DNA from: Raja brachyura | Taxonomy: Eukaryota | Direction: 5' to 3' | DNA length: 64,000 nt | Assembly: GCA_963514005.1 (NCBI GenBank) | Contig: OY740826.1 | Span: 2,728,001 to 2,792,000, forward strand | Shown: piece after piece, positions 24,343-37,100 of the stretch | How the letters are laid out: the number at the start of each line of letters is the position of its first letter | Position numbering within the stretch: position 1 is the stretch's first letter | Notes under the pieces: generated by a model | The model's database searches: none | Told to the model about the DNA's origin: nothing | What the model saw: the letters and a program-made list of their open reading frames with translations, nothing else | Translations under genes and position numbers: made by a program

Positions 24343-27130
24343 GACACAGAAACATAGAAAATAGGTGCAGGAGGAGGTCATTCGGCCCTTCGAGCCAGCA
24401 CCGCCATTCATTGTGATCATGGCTGATCGTCCGCTATCAATAACCCGTGCCTGCCTTCTCCCCATATCCCTTGACCTCACTAGCCCCTAGAACTCTATCC
24501 AACTCGCTCTTAAATCCATCCAGTGATTTGGCCTCCGCTGCCCTCTGTGGCAGGGAATGCCACAAATTCACAAATCTCTGGGTAAAAAGTTTTTTCTCAC
24601 CTCAGTCTTAAATGACATAGAAAATAGGTGCAGGAGTAGGCCATTCGGCCCTTCGAGCCTGCACCGTCATTCAATATGATCATGGCTGATCATCCAACTC
24701 GGTATCCTGTACCTGCCTTCTCTCCATACCCCCTGATCCCTTTAGCCACAAGGGCCACATCTAACTCCCTGTTAAGTATAGCCAATGAACTGGCCTCAAC
24801 TACCTTCTGTGGCAGAGAATTCCAGAGACTCACCACTCTCTGTGTGAAAAATGTTTTCCTCATCTCGGTCCTAAAGGAATTCCCGCTTATCCTTAGACTG
24901 TAACCCCTTGTTCTGGACCTCCCCAACATTGGGAACAATCTTCCTGCATCTAGCCTATCCAACCCCTTAAGAATTTTGTAAGTTTCTAGAAGATCCCCCT
25001 CAGTCTTCTAAATTCTAGCGAGTTCAAGCCAAGTCTATCCAGTCTTTCCTCATGTGAAAGTCCTGATATCCCAGGAATCAGTCTGGCGAACCTTCTCTGT
25101 ACCCCCTCTATGGCAAGAATGCCTTTCCTCAGATTTGGAAACCAAAACTGTATGCAATACTCCAGGTGTGGCCTCACCAAAACCCTGTACAACTGCAGTA
25201 GAACCTCCCTGCTCCTATACTCAAATCCTTTCGCCATGAATGCTAACATACCATTTGCGTTATTCACTGCCTGCTGCACCTGCATGCCTACTTTCAATGA
25301 TTGGTGTACCATGACACCCAGGTCTAGTTGCAGCTCCCCTTTTCCTAATTTGCCACCATTCAGATAATAGTCTACCATCCTGGTTTTGCCACCAAAGTGG
25401 ATAACCTCACATTTATCCACATTATACTGCATCTGCCATGCATTTTCCCACTCACCCAGCCTATCCAAGTCACCTTGCAGCCTCCTAGCATCCTCCTCAC
25501 ACCTAACACTACCCCGCAGCTTAGTGTCATCCGCAAACTTGGAGATGTTGCATTCAATTCCCTCGTCCAAATCATTAATATATGTTGTAAATAGGTGGGG
25601 CTGCAGCACTGAGCCTTGCGGTACCCCACTAGCCATTGCCTGCCATTCTGAAAAGGACCCGTTTACTCCTACCCTTTGCTTCCTGTCTGCCAGCCAGTTC
25701 TCTATCCACATCAATACTGAACCCCCAATACCGTGTGCTTTAAGTTTGTATACTAATCTCTTATGTGGGACCTTGTCGAAAGTCTGAAATTCTAGATATA
25801 ACACATCCACTGGTTCTTCGTTATCCACTCTACTAGTTACATCCTCGAAAAATTCTATAAGATTAATCAGATTTACCTTTCGTAAATCCATGCTGACTTT
25901 GTCCAATGATTTCACCAATTTCCAAATGTACTGCTATCCCATCTTTAATAACTGACTCTTGCCGTTTCCCCACTACCGATGTTAGACTAACTGGTCTGTA
26001 ATTCCCATTTTCTCTCTCCCTCCTTTTTTAAAAAGTGGGGTTACATTAGCTACCCTCCAATCCTCAGGAACTACTCCAGAATCTAAGGAGTTTTGAAAAA
26101 TTATTACTAATGCATCCGCTATTTCTGTGGCTACTTCCTTGAGTACTCTGGGGTGCAGACTATCTGGCACTGGGGATTTATCAGCCTTTAATCCATTCAA
26201 TTTACCCAACACCACTTCCAGGCTAACCTGGATTTCACTCAGTTCCTCCACCTTATTTGACCCCCGGTCCCCTGCTATTTCCGGCAGATTATTTATGTCT
26301 TCCTTAGTGAAGACAGAACCAAAGTAGTTATCCAATTGGTCTGCCATGTCCTTGTTCCCCATGATCAATTCACCTGTTTCTGACTGCAAGGGACCTACAT
26401 TTGTTTTAACTAATCTCTTTCTCTTCACATATCTATAAAAGCTTTTGCAGTCAGTTTTTATGTTCCCTGCCAGTTTTCTTTCATAATCTATTTTCCCGTT
26501 CCTAATTAAGTCCTTTGTCCTCCTCTGCTGGACTGAATTTCTCCCAGGCCTCTGGTAGGCTGCATTTTCTGGCTAATTTGTATGCTTCATCTTTTGTTTT
26601 TATACTATCCCTGATTTCCCTTGTTATCCATGGATACACTACCTTCCCTGATTTATTCTTTTGCCAAACTGGGATGAACAATTGTTGTAGTTCATCCATG
26701 CAGTCTTTAAATATCTTCCATTGCACATCCACTGTCAACCTTTTAAGAATCACTTGCCAGTCTATCTTGGCCAATTCACATCTCATACCTTCAAATTACC
26801 TTTGTTTAAGTTCAGAACCCTTGTTTCTGACTTAATTATGTCACTCTCCATCCTAATGAAGAATTCAACCATATTATGGTCAGTCTTGCCCAAGGGGCCA
26901 CGCACAACAAGACTGCTAACTAACCCTTCCTCATTACTCAATACCCAGTCTAGAATAGCCTGCTTTCTCGTTGGTTCCTCTACATGTTGATTTAGAAAAC
27001 TATCCTGCATACATTCCAAGAAATCCTCTTCCTCAGCACCCCTGCCCATTTGATTCAACCAATCTATATGTAATTTCCTGTTTGATGCCATCCCCAACTC
27101 CACTACTACTGTTAGGTGGCCTGTACACAA
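24343..27130 (-). mobile_element. Two CR1 pieces: a short 3' end (24343-24614) and a 5'-truncated copy of the 12.2-16.8 kb family (about 24615-27130)
   Basis: ORFs 24986..25918, 25982..26428 and 26502..26786 closely match the ORF2 at 12304-14915 but carry more frameshifts; CATAGAAA tails. Confidence 0.92.
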
Positions 27131-27689
27131 GGTGCTGACCTCCGCTTTATTCTAAGACTGTGGCCCCTGGTTCTGGACTCACCCAAAATATTTTTCCTGC
27201 ATCTAGCTTGTCCTGTCCTCAGAGGTGAGGGTGCAACACACACCCTTTATGCATTGAGGAAGCAAAGTGCTGGAGGAACACAGTGGATCTGTGGGGGTTA
27301 GACACAAAGTGCTGGAGTAACTCAGCTGGACGGGCAGCATCTCTGTAGAGAAGGAATGGGTAACGTTTCGGGTCGAGGCCCTTCTTCAGACTGAGAGTCA
27401 GGGGAGAGGGAAACTAGAGATATGGGTGGTGATGTAGAGAGATATAAAACAAATTAATGAAAGATATGCACAAATAGCAACAATGGTAAAGGAACCAAGC
27501 CATTGTTGTCAGTTTACTATGTGAGAACAAGAAGCTGGTGCGACTTGGGTGGGGGAGGGATGGAGAGAGAGAGAATGCAGGAGTTACTTGAAGTTAGAGA
27601 AATCAATATTCATACTAGACCGAGAAGCGGTAAGGAGGCGGTGCAAAAGATTCGACATTTGAAGGTAGGTCTGTCCGACAGAAACAAAA

Positions 27690-28360
27690 CAGAATGAACA
27701 GTCAGTAATTACATATTTGTGGAAAAATGAAAGAAAAAACAGCAATTTTTAAAAAGACACCACACAGCAGTAATTTGGTACAGCAAGTTAGTCCCTGGTG
27801 AGATAGGAGTTTACAGTCCTAATGGCCACTGGGAAGAAACTCCTTCTCATGCTCTCTGTTTTCACAGCATGGCAACGGAGGTGTTTGCCTGAACGTAGCA
27901 GCTGGAACAGTTTTTTGCTGGGGTTGGAGGAGTCCTCTATAATGTTGCTGGCTCTGGATCTGCACCTTCTGATGTATAGTTCCTGCAGGGGGACAAGTGC
28001 AGTTCCCATAGTGCGTTCAGCCGAACGCACTACTGTCTGCAGAACTTTCTTGTCCTGGGCAGAGCAGTTCCCAAACCAGATTGTGACGTTTCCAGACAAG
28101 ATGCTTTCCACATCTGCTGAGTAGAAGCACTGGAGGATCCTCAGAGACACTCTGAATTTCCTCAATGCCCAAGGTGGTAAAGGCGCTGCCTTGCCTTACT
28201 CACCAGTGCGGCAGCGTGTGATGTCCATGTCAGATCCTCTGAGATGTGGACTCTCAGGTATTTAAAGCAGCTCACCATATCCATCGTAAACCCATTTATT
28301 TTCAGTGGTGTGTACGTCCTCGGACGTTGTGCCCTCCTAAAGTCCACGATCAGCTTCTTA
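27690..28360 (-). mobile_element. Rex1/Babar LINE 3' fragment
   Basis: DFRR...FKYLRVHISEDLTW...KARQRLYHL and RKFRVS...FYSADVESIL...VVRSAERTMG...RRSFFP. Confidence 0.85.
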
Positions 28361-28650
28361 GTTTAGTTTAGTTTAAAGATACAGCGCGGAAACAGGCTCT
28401 TTGTCGCACCGAGTCTGCGCCGCCCATCAGTCCCAGCACTATCCTGCACTCAGTAGGGACAATTTACATTTATACCAAGCCAATTGACCTACAAAACTGG
28501 AATGTGGGAGGAAACCGATGAACTCGGGGAAAATACACGCTGGTCACCGGGAGAAGGTACAAACTCCATACAGACCAGCACCCGTAGTCAGGATCGAAGC
28601 TGGGTCTCTGGTGCTGTAATGTGGTAGCTCTACCGCTGCTCCACCTTGCC
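28360..28650 (-). mobile_element. tRNA-derived SINE (elasmobranch HE1/V-SINE-like)
   Basis: The minus strand starts with a tRNA-like head (GGTGGAGCAGCGGTAGAG...TTCGATCC) and ends in (TAAAC)n. Same family as 32405-32690 and 48268-48575. Confidence 0.75.
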
Positions 28651-28708
28651 TCCTGCCCGAATGCACAGAATGTTTTTACCCAGTCAATAGTCAGATTTAT
28701 TCGTCACA

Positions 28709-29742
28709 TCTATATTACTAAAACTAAGATCTTGACCACTTTCTGACTTCCTGTTTTGTTATTTTTGGCCACCTCGCTCAGAGTTCCCCTCCGCTGAGCT
28801 GACCAGAGGATTTTTCCCATCGATGAAACATAAAAGAGTTATTGATGTTTAAAAAATGTTGACATTCTGCTGCCACTGCTGGTGGGAGGGGGGGAGCGAC
28901 AATAAAACAGGAAGAGCTGTGCCTCTAAGTCTCTGCAAGATCGGGGAAGGGAGAGGGTCACGCCGCGAAGTCTGAGCTGTGAATAACACTGAACACATGT
29001 GTACTAAACTGTGAGTGTTATTTTACTGACCTTGAGTGCCCTTAATGTGGTTTGAAAATGAAAATATGGTTGGTTTGAAGTAAAAAGCACTGCAAATGGT
29101 TGTTTGGGGGGTTTTGGGTTGAAGTGAAAAGCACTGCAAATGATTGTTTGGGGGGTTTTGGGTTGAGATCTTTGGCCATCGTACTCAGTCCCCCTCCGCT
29201 CATCATGCGCAGAGGATTCTTCCCATCATTGAAAATTAAAAGTGTTATTAGTGTTTAAAAAATGTCGAGAATCTCTCTCCTGTCAATCACGCCATGAAGG
29301 CCACACCTTTTCCAGTGGGAGGGATTATAAAACCCGGAACTGTGGGTGTGGCTCAGTCTCTGCATGATGGGGGGAGGGGGAGGTCATGACTGTCTGAGCT
29401 GTGAATCAACTGAACACACTGAATGTCTACTGAACTGTGAGTGTGGTGTTTAGTGTGGTTTTATGGTGGTTTCACCCTGCTTAAAATGGTATGAAACTGC
29501 ATTTGAATGTGGTGGCCTTGCACCCTGCTTGAAATGGAATTTCAAGGAATAGCCATGAGTCAACTGCCAGCCCACCAGCCATGAGCGAGCTGCCAGCACA
29601 TCAGACTTGAGGGACTGAGCTGCCACCCCAAGAATCCATTTGGCCCACAATGTCCATACTAGCCCTCTGGAGATCAGTCCCTTCAGCCCACAACACCCAT
29701 ACCAGCACTCCAGAACACCCCGACGGGTCCCACTTAGTCTAG
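28709..29742 (+). mobile_element. Non-autonomous Helitron
   Basis: Starts A|TCTATATTACTAAAACT and ends ...CCCGACGGGTCCCACTTAGTCTAG|T: 5' TC, 3' CTAG, a subterminal GC hairpin, an A/T target and no TSD. Removing it restores GTCACA-TACACAATAAA. Related 5' ends lie on the minus strand at about 5905-5945 and 8527-8568. Confidence 0.8.
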
Positions 29743-31537
29743 TACACAATAAATTGCAGTGAAATGAACTTGCCAGCAGCGGTACAATAAAAAAAAGCAC
29801 ACAATACACAATAAAACATTTAACACAAACATCCACCACAGCATTCATCACTGTGGTGGAAGGTACAAAGTTCAGTCAGTCCTCCTCCATTTTCCCCCGT
29901 GGTCGGGACCACAAACCTCCACAGTCGCCGCTGCGGGTGGCCTGATGTACAGGCAAGGTAAGTCCCGAATCGGTGCTTCCCTACCGGAGACCGCAGCTTC
30001 AAGATGTAGGCTGCAGGCCGGCAGTCTAAGATCTAAGTCCCCGCCGTGCCACAGTTAGAAGCACCGCAGACCGTGGCTTCTAGATGTTGTATCCCATGGG
30101 CCGGCGGTCGGAGACCTTCTCCAGGGATCCCCGGCGAGGGATCCCGTTCCGGATGGTAAGTCCCCGACGCGCCCGCGGTTAGAAGCACCGCCGAGCGCAG
30201 CTTCAAGATGTTGTAGTCCGCAGGCCAGTGGTCGGAGGTCTTCTCCGGGATCCCCAACGAGGGATCCCAGGCTCCGGACGCCGCACCAGCTGGAAGCTCT
30301 GCAGACCGTGGCTTCAGGCTGCCATGGGCCAGTGATCAGAGCACTCCCTTCTGGCGACCTCTGGCGAGGGTTCGCCCACTCCGCGACGAAAAAGTCCACA
30401 GCGCACCCGCTGCTGAAGCTCCGGGCCCTACTCCGGGAAAGGCCGCACCAATCCTTGGTGTTAGGTCACGAGGGAGGCGATATGGAAAAATGTGCCTCCC
30501 CATGGAGGAGGCGACCAAAAGCTGCTCCCCCCTCTTACCCCTCCCTCACCACCCCCTACACAAGACACACCGACAGACATTAAAACACACATTTGGACAT
30601 ACCAAAAAACCCCAAAAAAAGTAGAAATGACTAGCACGCTGCTGGCAGGGCAGCCATCTTGCAGCGCCCCCACCAACCTTTCTTCTATCAGGGCTGGGGA
30701 CTCAAGAACCAGAGGACTTGGGTTTAAGGTGAGCGGGTAAAGATTAAATAGAAACTTGAGGAGCAACTTTTTCACTTACTTGGGGGAGGGTATGTGGAAC
30801 GAGCTGCCATTATATACATTAATTGGCTTGGTATAAAAGTTAAAATCGTTCCTAGCGTAGGATAGTGTTAGTGTGTGGGGATCGCTGGTTCCTGCGAACA
30901 TAGTGGGCCGAAAGGCCTGTTTCTGCGCTCTAAACTAAACTAAACCATTAACAGTGTAGGAAGGAACTGCAGATGCTGGTTTAAACCAAAGTTAGACACA
31001 AAATGCTGGAGTAACTCATTGGGATAGGTAGCATCTCTGGAAAAAAGGAATGGGTGACATTTCGGGTCGAGACCTTTCTTCAGACTGAATCAGGGGAGAG
31101 GGAAATGAGAGATATAGACAGTGAAGTAGAGAGATATAGAACAAAAGAATGAAAGATATGCAAAAAAAAGTAATGATGATAAAGGAAATAATGTTGGCTG
31201 TGTCTTAGGTGAGAACGAGAAGCTGGTGCGACTTGGGTGGGGGAGGGTGGAGAAAGAGAGAGAGAGAATGCAGGGGTTACATTAATTTACAGAAATCAAT
31301 ATTCATACTGGACCGAGAGGGAATGGGTGACGTTTCGGGTAGAGTTCCTTCTTCAATGACAGCATTGATGTGCAGCGGGATCTTGGAGTCCAGGTTCACA
31401 CCTCACTGAAGGAGGCAGCATGACTAGATATTGTTTGTGGTGTTGAGAGAGCCGGGTTCGGCAGTGACCACTCAGACATTCACAGTAACACGGTGAACCC
31501 AGGTGCTTTATTCTATTTACACCGGTAAAAATGTCCA

Positions 31538-31557
31538 CGGCCACATGGGGGCGCTGT
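31538..31557 (+). promoter_or_regulatory. Candidate CTCF site
   Basis: CGGCCACATGGGGGCGCTGT closely matches the CTCF core (GCCAsnAGrkGGCGC) in a short non-repeat island. Motif match only. Confidence 0.4.
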
Positions 31558-32404
31558 TCCTCACCGTCAGAGTGCATGTGTGAAGATGCTGGCAATCTGT
31601 GGCCGAGTGAGTTTGCTGACGACACCAAGATTGGAAGAGTTGCAGTGAGTAAGTAAGCTGTCGGAAGATACGGTGGGATGAAGATCAGATGCAGAAAATG
31701 GCGGAGAAATGGCAGACGTAGTTTAATCCGAGCAAGTGTGAGGTGCGCACTTTGGGAGGTTGAAGGCACAAGGAGAAAGTGTAGAGTTAATGGCAAGACC
31801 ATTAACAGCATTGATTTTTTTTTAGTTTAGTTTAGAGAAACAGCGTGGAAACTATGCAGCACACACTGGGGACAATTTACATTTATACTAAGCCAGTTAA
31901 CCATCAAACTGTACCTCTTTGGAGTGTGGGGGGAAACATAAGATCTCGGAGAAACACACACACACGTACAAACTCCCTACAGACAAGCACCTATAGTCGG
32001 GATTGAAACTGGGTCTCTGGCGCTGTTAGGCCAGATGCTGGTCATCTCGGGCTTGTCCCAACATCTTATTCCTGTGATCTTCAAAGGAGGAGTTGTGGCT
32101 ATCACAGGCTTCTTTCTGCAGTTCACCTTTGCCATAAACAGTGCTGACAGAGCAGATTTCTTCCTGGCAGCTCAACTTTTGAGCTTGAAGAAGTGATGAT
32201 AGCAGTCTCTCGATTATCCTGGCGGCCAGTCTTTGCCTGTGTGTGGGCTAGAAGAATCACTGGCACCTCAGGCTTGCCAAGGCCACTCTATAAGCCTGAG
32301 GTACAAGCCTTGTGTAGGCTTCTACCCAGCAGTCCAGACCTGGTCTTGGGTTTGGCCTTATGGCTCAGTCTTCCTTGAATCTGTGACGGAGGAATCGCAA
32401 GGAC

Positions 32405-32690
32405 GGCAGGGTGGCGCAGCGGAAGAGTTGCTGCCATACATCGCCAGGGACCAGAGTTAGATTCTGCCTATGGGTGCTGTCTGTATCGTGTTGACACATT
32501 CTCCCTGTGACCGGATGTGTTTCCTCCAGGTGCTCTGGTTTCCTCCCATATTCAAAAGACAGACAGGTTTACAGATTAATTGGCCACTGTCAATTGTCCC
32601 TAGTGTGTGGGATAGAACTAATGTAAAGGTGATCGCTGGTCGGCGGGGACTCGGTTCCTGTTTCCACATTGTATCTGGGAATTAAACTTA
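32405..32690 (+). mobile_element. tRNA-derived SINE
   Basis: Head GGTGGCGCAGCGGAAGAGTTGCTGCC, conserved core TGCTCTGGTTTCCTCCCA and CCTGTTTCC...TGTATCT tail. Confidence 0.75.
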
Positions 32691-33643
32691 AATGAAAACT
32701 CTGACTTCTTTTTCTTTCTGTCCTCTCCCGGTCTGTCCATCGGGTGAGAATGAGTGTGTTTCCGCCAGGGGCGATGAGGAGGGAGCACAGAGCTGTTTGT
32801 GGGTTGGGGGGGGGGGGGTGAGGAGGGAGAACTGCTCTTTGGGAGGGGCGGTGAGTAGTGAGCACAGGGCTGTTTGTGGGTGGGGGGGGGGGGGGTGAGG
32901 AGGGAGAACTGCGCTGTCGGAGGGGTGGTGAGCAAGGAGCGCTCCATTGTATTAGGGAGAGTGAGGGGGGAGAGCTACACTGTGGGTGGAGGGGGTGAAG
33001 GAGTGCCGTGTTGTGGGAGGGATGATGATGATGAAGCGCTGTTCTATGAGAGGAACTGTTCACTCCTTACCCTGTCTCCCCATCCCTCAGTCCCTCCTGA
33101 CTTCCCCTCAAACCCTCGTCCAACACAACTCAGACCCTCCTACCTACTGTCCCTCACAACAGTCTCTCTTCACGGAGTCCCGACTCGAAACGTCGCCTAT
33201 CCATGTCCTCCACAAATGCTGCCTGACCCACTGAATTACCCCAATACTGTGTTTATTTGTAATCCAGCATCAGCAGTTCCTTGTGTCTCGCCCTCATTTC
33301 CTGATGCCCTCGCTCTCCCTTCCGCCCACACTCACCGGGGTCCCACACACAAGCACTCGTCGCTCACAGCGAAGGAGTAGCAGGGTCCTCATCACAAGCA
33401 CATCATACACAGACTGGATAAACAGCTTGCATGAGCCGCGTGTGTATCGATGCAGCGTTGCTGAGGGTGATGCCGGCCGGCCTCAGACACATTCTCAAAG
33501 TATACCAGTGGAGTGAAATGGAAGGATCGAAGCAAGGACCTGGTCTCAGAAAGCATTTAGATTTCATGTAGGAGAAAAAAACTCATGTCAGCATGCATCA
33601 TTAGAAAAAAGCAAGTAAAAGGGAAGTCATATTTTCCACAAAC

Positions 33644-33767
33644 CCCAATGGCAAGCACGGCTTCATAATTCTGCTTCATGTTCTTATAACGGACCTTCAC
33701 CCAGTCACTTATTTCTTCAAACTCTTCCTTGGAAAGATAGCCAGCAATGTCTTTGAACGCCAACATC
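33644..33767 (-). CDS. PRDM9/SSX-type ancestral KRAB domain exon
   Basis: MLAFKDIAGYLSKEEFEEISDWVKVRYKNMKQNYEAVLAIG aligns without gaps to the PRDM9 KRAB ([40 protein letters not shown], recalled). Acceptor tttgtttttccAG at 33769-33768; likely donor GG|GTTTGT at 33643. Whether it is functional is unknown. Confidence 0.88.
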
Positions 33768-34162
33768 CTGGAAAAACAAACATTGATACACTTTGGTGCA
33801 TAATCTGAAATAATCAGATATTAATTCCAAAACTAATTTTAAAATATCAATTGTTTATTCAATACAGGACAATTCCAGGATAAAGTGTCAAGAACTTAAA
33901 ATAAAGGCTAAATTCTTCAGGACAGAAATGAGATATTTCTTCACTCAGAATATAGCGAGTTATTTTCTAGGGTTGAAATAAATCAGTTGTTAATTGCATT
34001 CCAGCAAGATCAAAATATTATTGATTCCATGAAGTAATAAACTGAATCTCGGTAAGAGAGGAAACTGCATTTAGGGTACAGGTCAGGCGTGATCTGCCTG
34101 AAAGGTCCAGACCCAAAATGTTGCCTGTAAAGATTCAAGATTGCAGCTTCCAGCCAACAAAC

Positions 34163-37100
34163 ATTTTACTTCGGAGTCACGTGAGTGACTACGTGAAGAC
34201 CCCGCCAGCACGCATGCGCGACATATCGTTGAATGCACTGCGAAGCGACAGGCAGGAGGAGCGTCGCTCCTCCAGCGCAAGTTTAAAAGTGGTCCGCATG
34301 TAAGTATTTACCATTCCTGAGGTAGTTGTCGGCTCTGTTAAGTATTTTTCTTACAGAGCGCACCACCATGCAATCAAGGACGAAGTCCAAACGAGCCGCT
34401 GACAAACTAGCTGCCGAGGACCATGAAGCAGGCAGCGGTCGAGTTCTCCAGGGCTGGTGATACAAACCGCAGCCCCCGACTTCACGCCGCTACAGCCCGC
34501 AGGTGCTCCTCAGACAGGCGGCAAAACCACCCGGAAATCGGGCAGGTCCGCTGACTCGGCTGAGTCCGGACTGGAGGACACCCCGCCGGCGGAAGCGACA
34601 GCGGTCGATTATCCCGCATGGAGCGGATGGTGGAGCAGTTGCTCCAACGTGACCTACTACAGCAGGGGTATGGTCACAGTGGGTCTCCTCGCAGACCCAT
34701 GGCTTCACCCTTTACAGGGCTGCCAAATGTCTCACCCTCCTCGCAGGGGAGCATAAGGTGTCAGAACTGGGCTGACTCTGAAGAGGGGAGTGTGGCTGAA
34801 GAAACACCAATGCTAGGGGTGCCAGAAGAGGAGCTACTGGGCATGGTATCAAAATTTGCGATGCCTACCCAAAAACGGGTGCCGTTGCAGCCGAAGTTGG
34901 CAGCCAGTATAAACTACATGGCAACGAATCAACTTCAGGAACAGGCCATTAATGACACCGCAGCCAAATACCTAGCTCCTGAGAATTGTGTCTCCCTCAA
35001 CTTGCCTGCAGTCAACAACCCCATCTGGGGTGACATGAGCCCTGCCATCAGAAGCCAGGAAGTAAAACTCCAAACAATCCTAAAACTACTAGCTTCTGGG
35101 ATTACGGTCGTTGCCAGGTCAGTGGATGGAGTGGAGATGCCGGAATAGCTACAGGATGCTCTGGCACTCCTCTGTAACACTCAGTTTGAGATCAATTGTT
35201 ACAGAAAGAGTGTCATCCGGCCTGCACTGAACCCCAAGTTCGCGGGGTTGTGCAGACCCAGCAATGCACAGCCGCCTACACTACTATTTGGGGACAACCT
35301 GCCTAAGCAGATAAAAGACCTCGATGAAGAGGCAAAGGCAATAGGCATGATATAAGTGCCGGCTGCCATCCCCATACCTGCGGTGACAGCACCCCTATGC
35401 ATCCACCAGCAGTCCACGCTACCACAGCGACAGAACACCTGCTGGTGAAAGCTCGAAGGCCATCCAACCTGCCCAACGGTCTTTTTTAGACCATGCCCCA
35501 GCACGGCCTTCCTGGAAGATGCGCCACCCCCACACCACAGCGCCTCCACCTCCCAGGAAACAAGGACAGAGGAAACCAACACAGCACCACCGGTAGGTGG
35601 GTCTGGTTGCCTCATGAACATTGCATGTTTAACCTCTTCACGGATTGGGGGACGATTGCACTTGTTTCGGGATGCATGGAGTTCTATAACTTCTGATCCT
35701 TTCATACTGCAAAGTATTCAGGGATACAACATTGAATTTGTTCACAAACTTCACCTTCCTGTTCAGCATACACCTAGTCAAAAGTTTGTGCTTTCACAGA
35801 AAGAAAAGACAGAAGGTCATGCTGAACTCTTAAGACTACATACGAAAGGGGTAATTGAGAAAACCAAAAATGTTTGTATCGAACATCTTCACAAAAAAAA
35901 ACACGGCGGATGCCGCATCATTATTGATTTGACACAACTGAATACTTTCGTGCAGTACGCCCACTTCAAAATGGAACCTTTTGTTACTGCCAAACAACTA
36001 GTTTCCAAGAGATACTTCATGGCTTGCATCGACCTAAAGATGCATGCTATTCAGTACCAATAGACAAAGATCATTGCAGATATTTGAAATTTGCCTGGAT
36101 GGGGCAGCTCTGACAGTGTAAAACGCTGCCTAATGGATTAACATCAGCACCCAGACTGTTTACAACATTATTGAAACCAGCTTTACCATGTCTCAGAAAA
36201 CAAAAACATATTGTTATGGCATACCTCGATGACATTTTAATTGTGGGGAAACCCTTGGAGTTGACCAAATTGACTGTCTCAGCCACTGAGCACTTATTTC
36301 AAAAACTGGGGTTTATCATCCATCCAGACAAATCCAAATTTATGCCTTCTACCACTATGGACTACTTGGGATTCACGATTGACTATGTTCATATGTCTGT
36401 CACTTTGCCACTGAAAAAAGCGTCAGACTTGATAGAAGCATGTAACAGCCTTGCTGGCATCAGTAAACCGTCTATTCGGCAAGTAGCCAGGGTAATTGGG
36501 AAGCTTGTGGCTGCCTTTCCAGCCACACAATTTGGGCCCTTGCATTACTAAAACCTACAAAGAGCAACATTTGCAGCACTCAAAGAGCAAAATTGCACCA
36601 TGCTGGCCATTTTGACAGGCCAATGCAATTACCAGCAAAAGCAAAATTGAAATTACAATGGTGGATAAACAATGCTCGACATTGCTCTAATCCCATTACA
36701 ATCACGAACCCCTCGGTTATACTACAAACTGACGCCAGCGCTCAAGGTTGGGGAGCAACTAATACCACCTCCAGTTGCGGTGGTAGATGGAATGCACATG
36801 AATTAACCTTACTCCCGGCACTGGGAATTAATCATCTAGAAATGCTGGGAGCATTTCATAGATTCCGGGCTTACTGTTCGGACATGCACCATCTGCATGT
36901 ACGCCTACAAATGGATAGTACCACCGTGGTGGCTTACATCAATCATATGGGTGGAATTAAGTCAATATCTTGTGATGAATTGGTCAATACTATCTGGCAC
37001 TGGTGCTAAGAAAGGAACATTTGGATATCAGCCATTTACCTTCCGGGTAAGCTAAATACAGTGGCGGATATCAGGTCACGCAAGTTTAATGACAACACCG

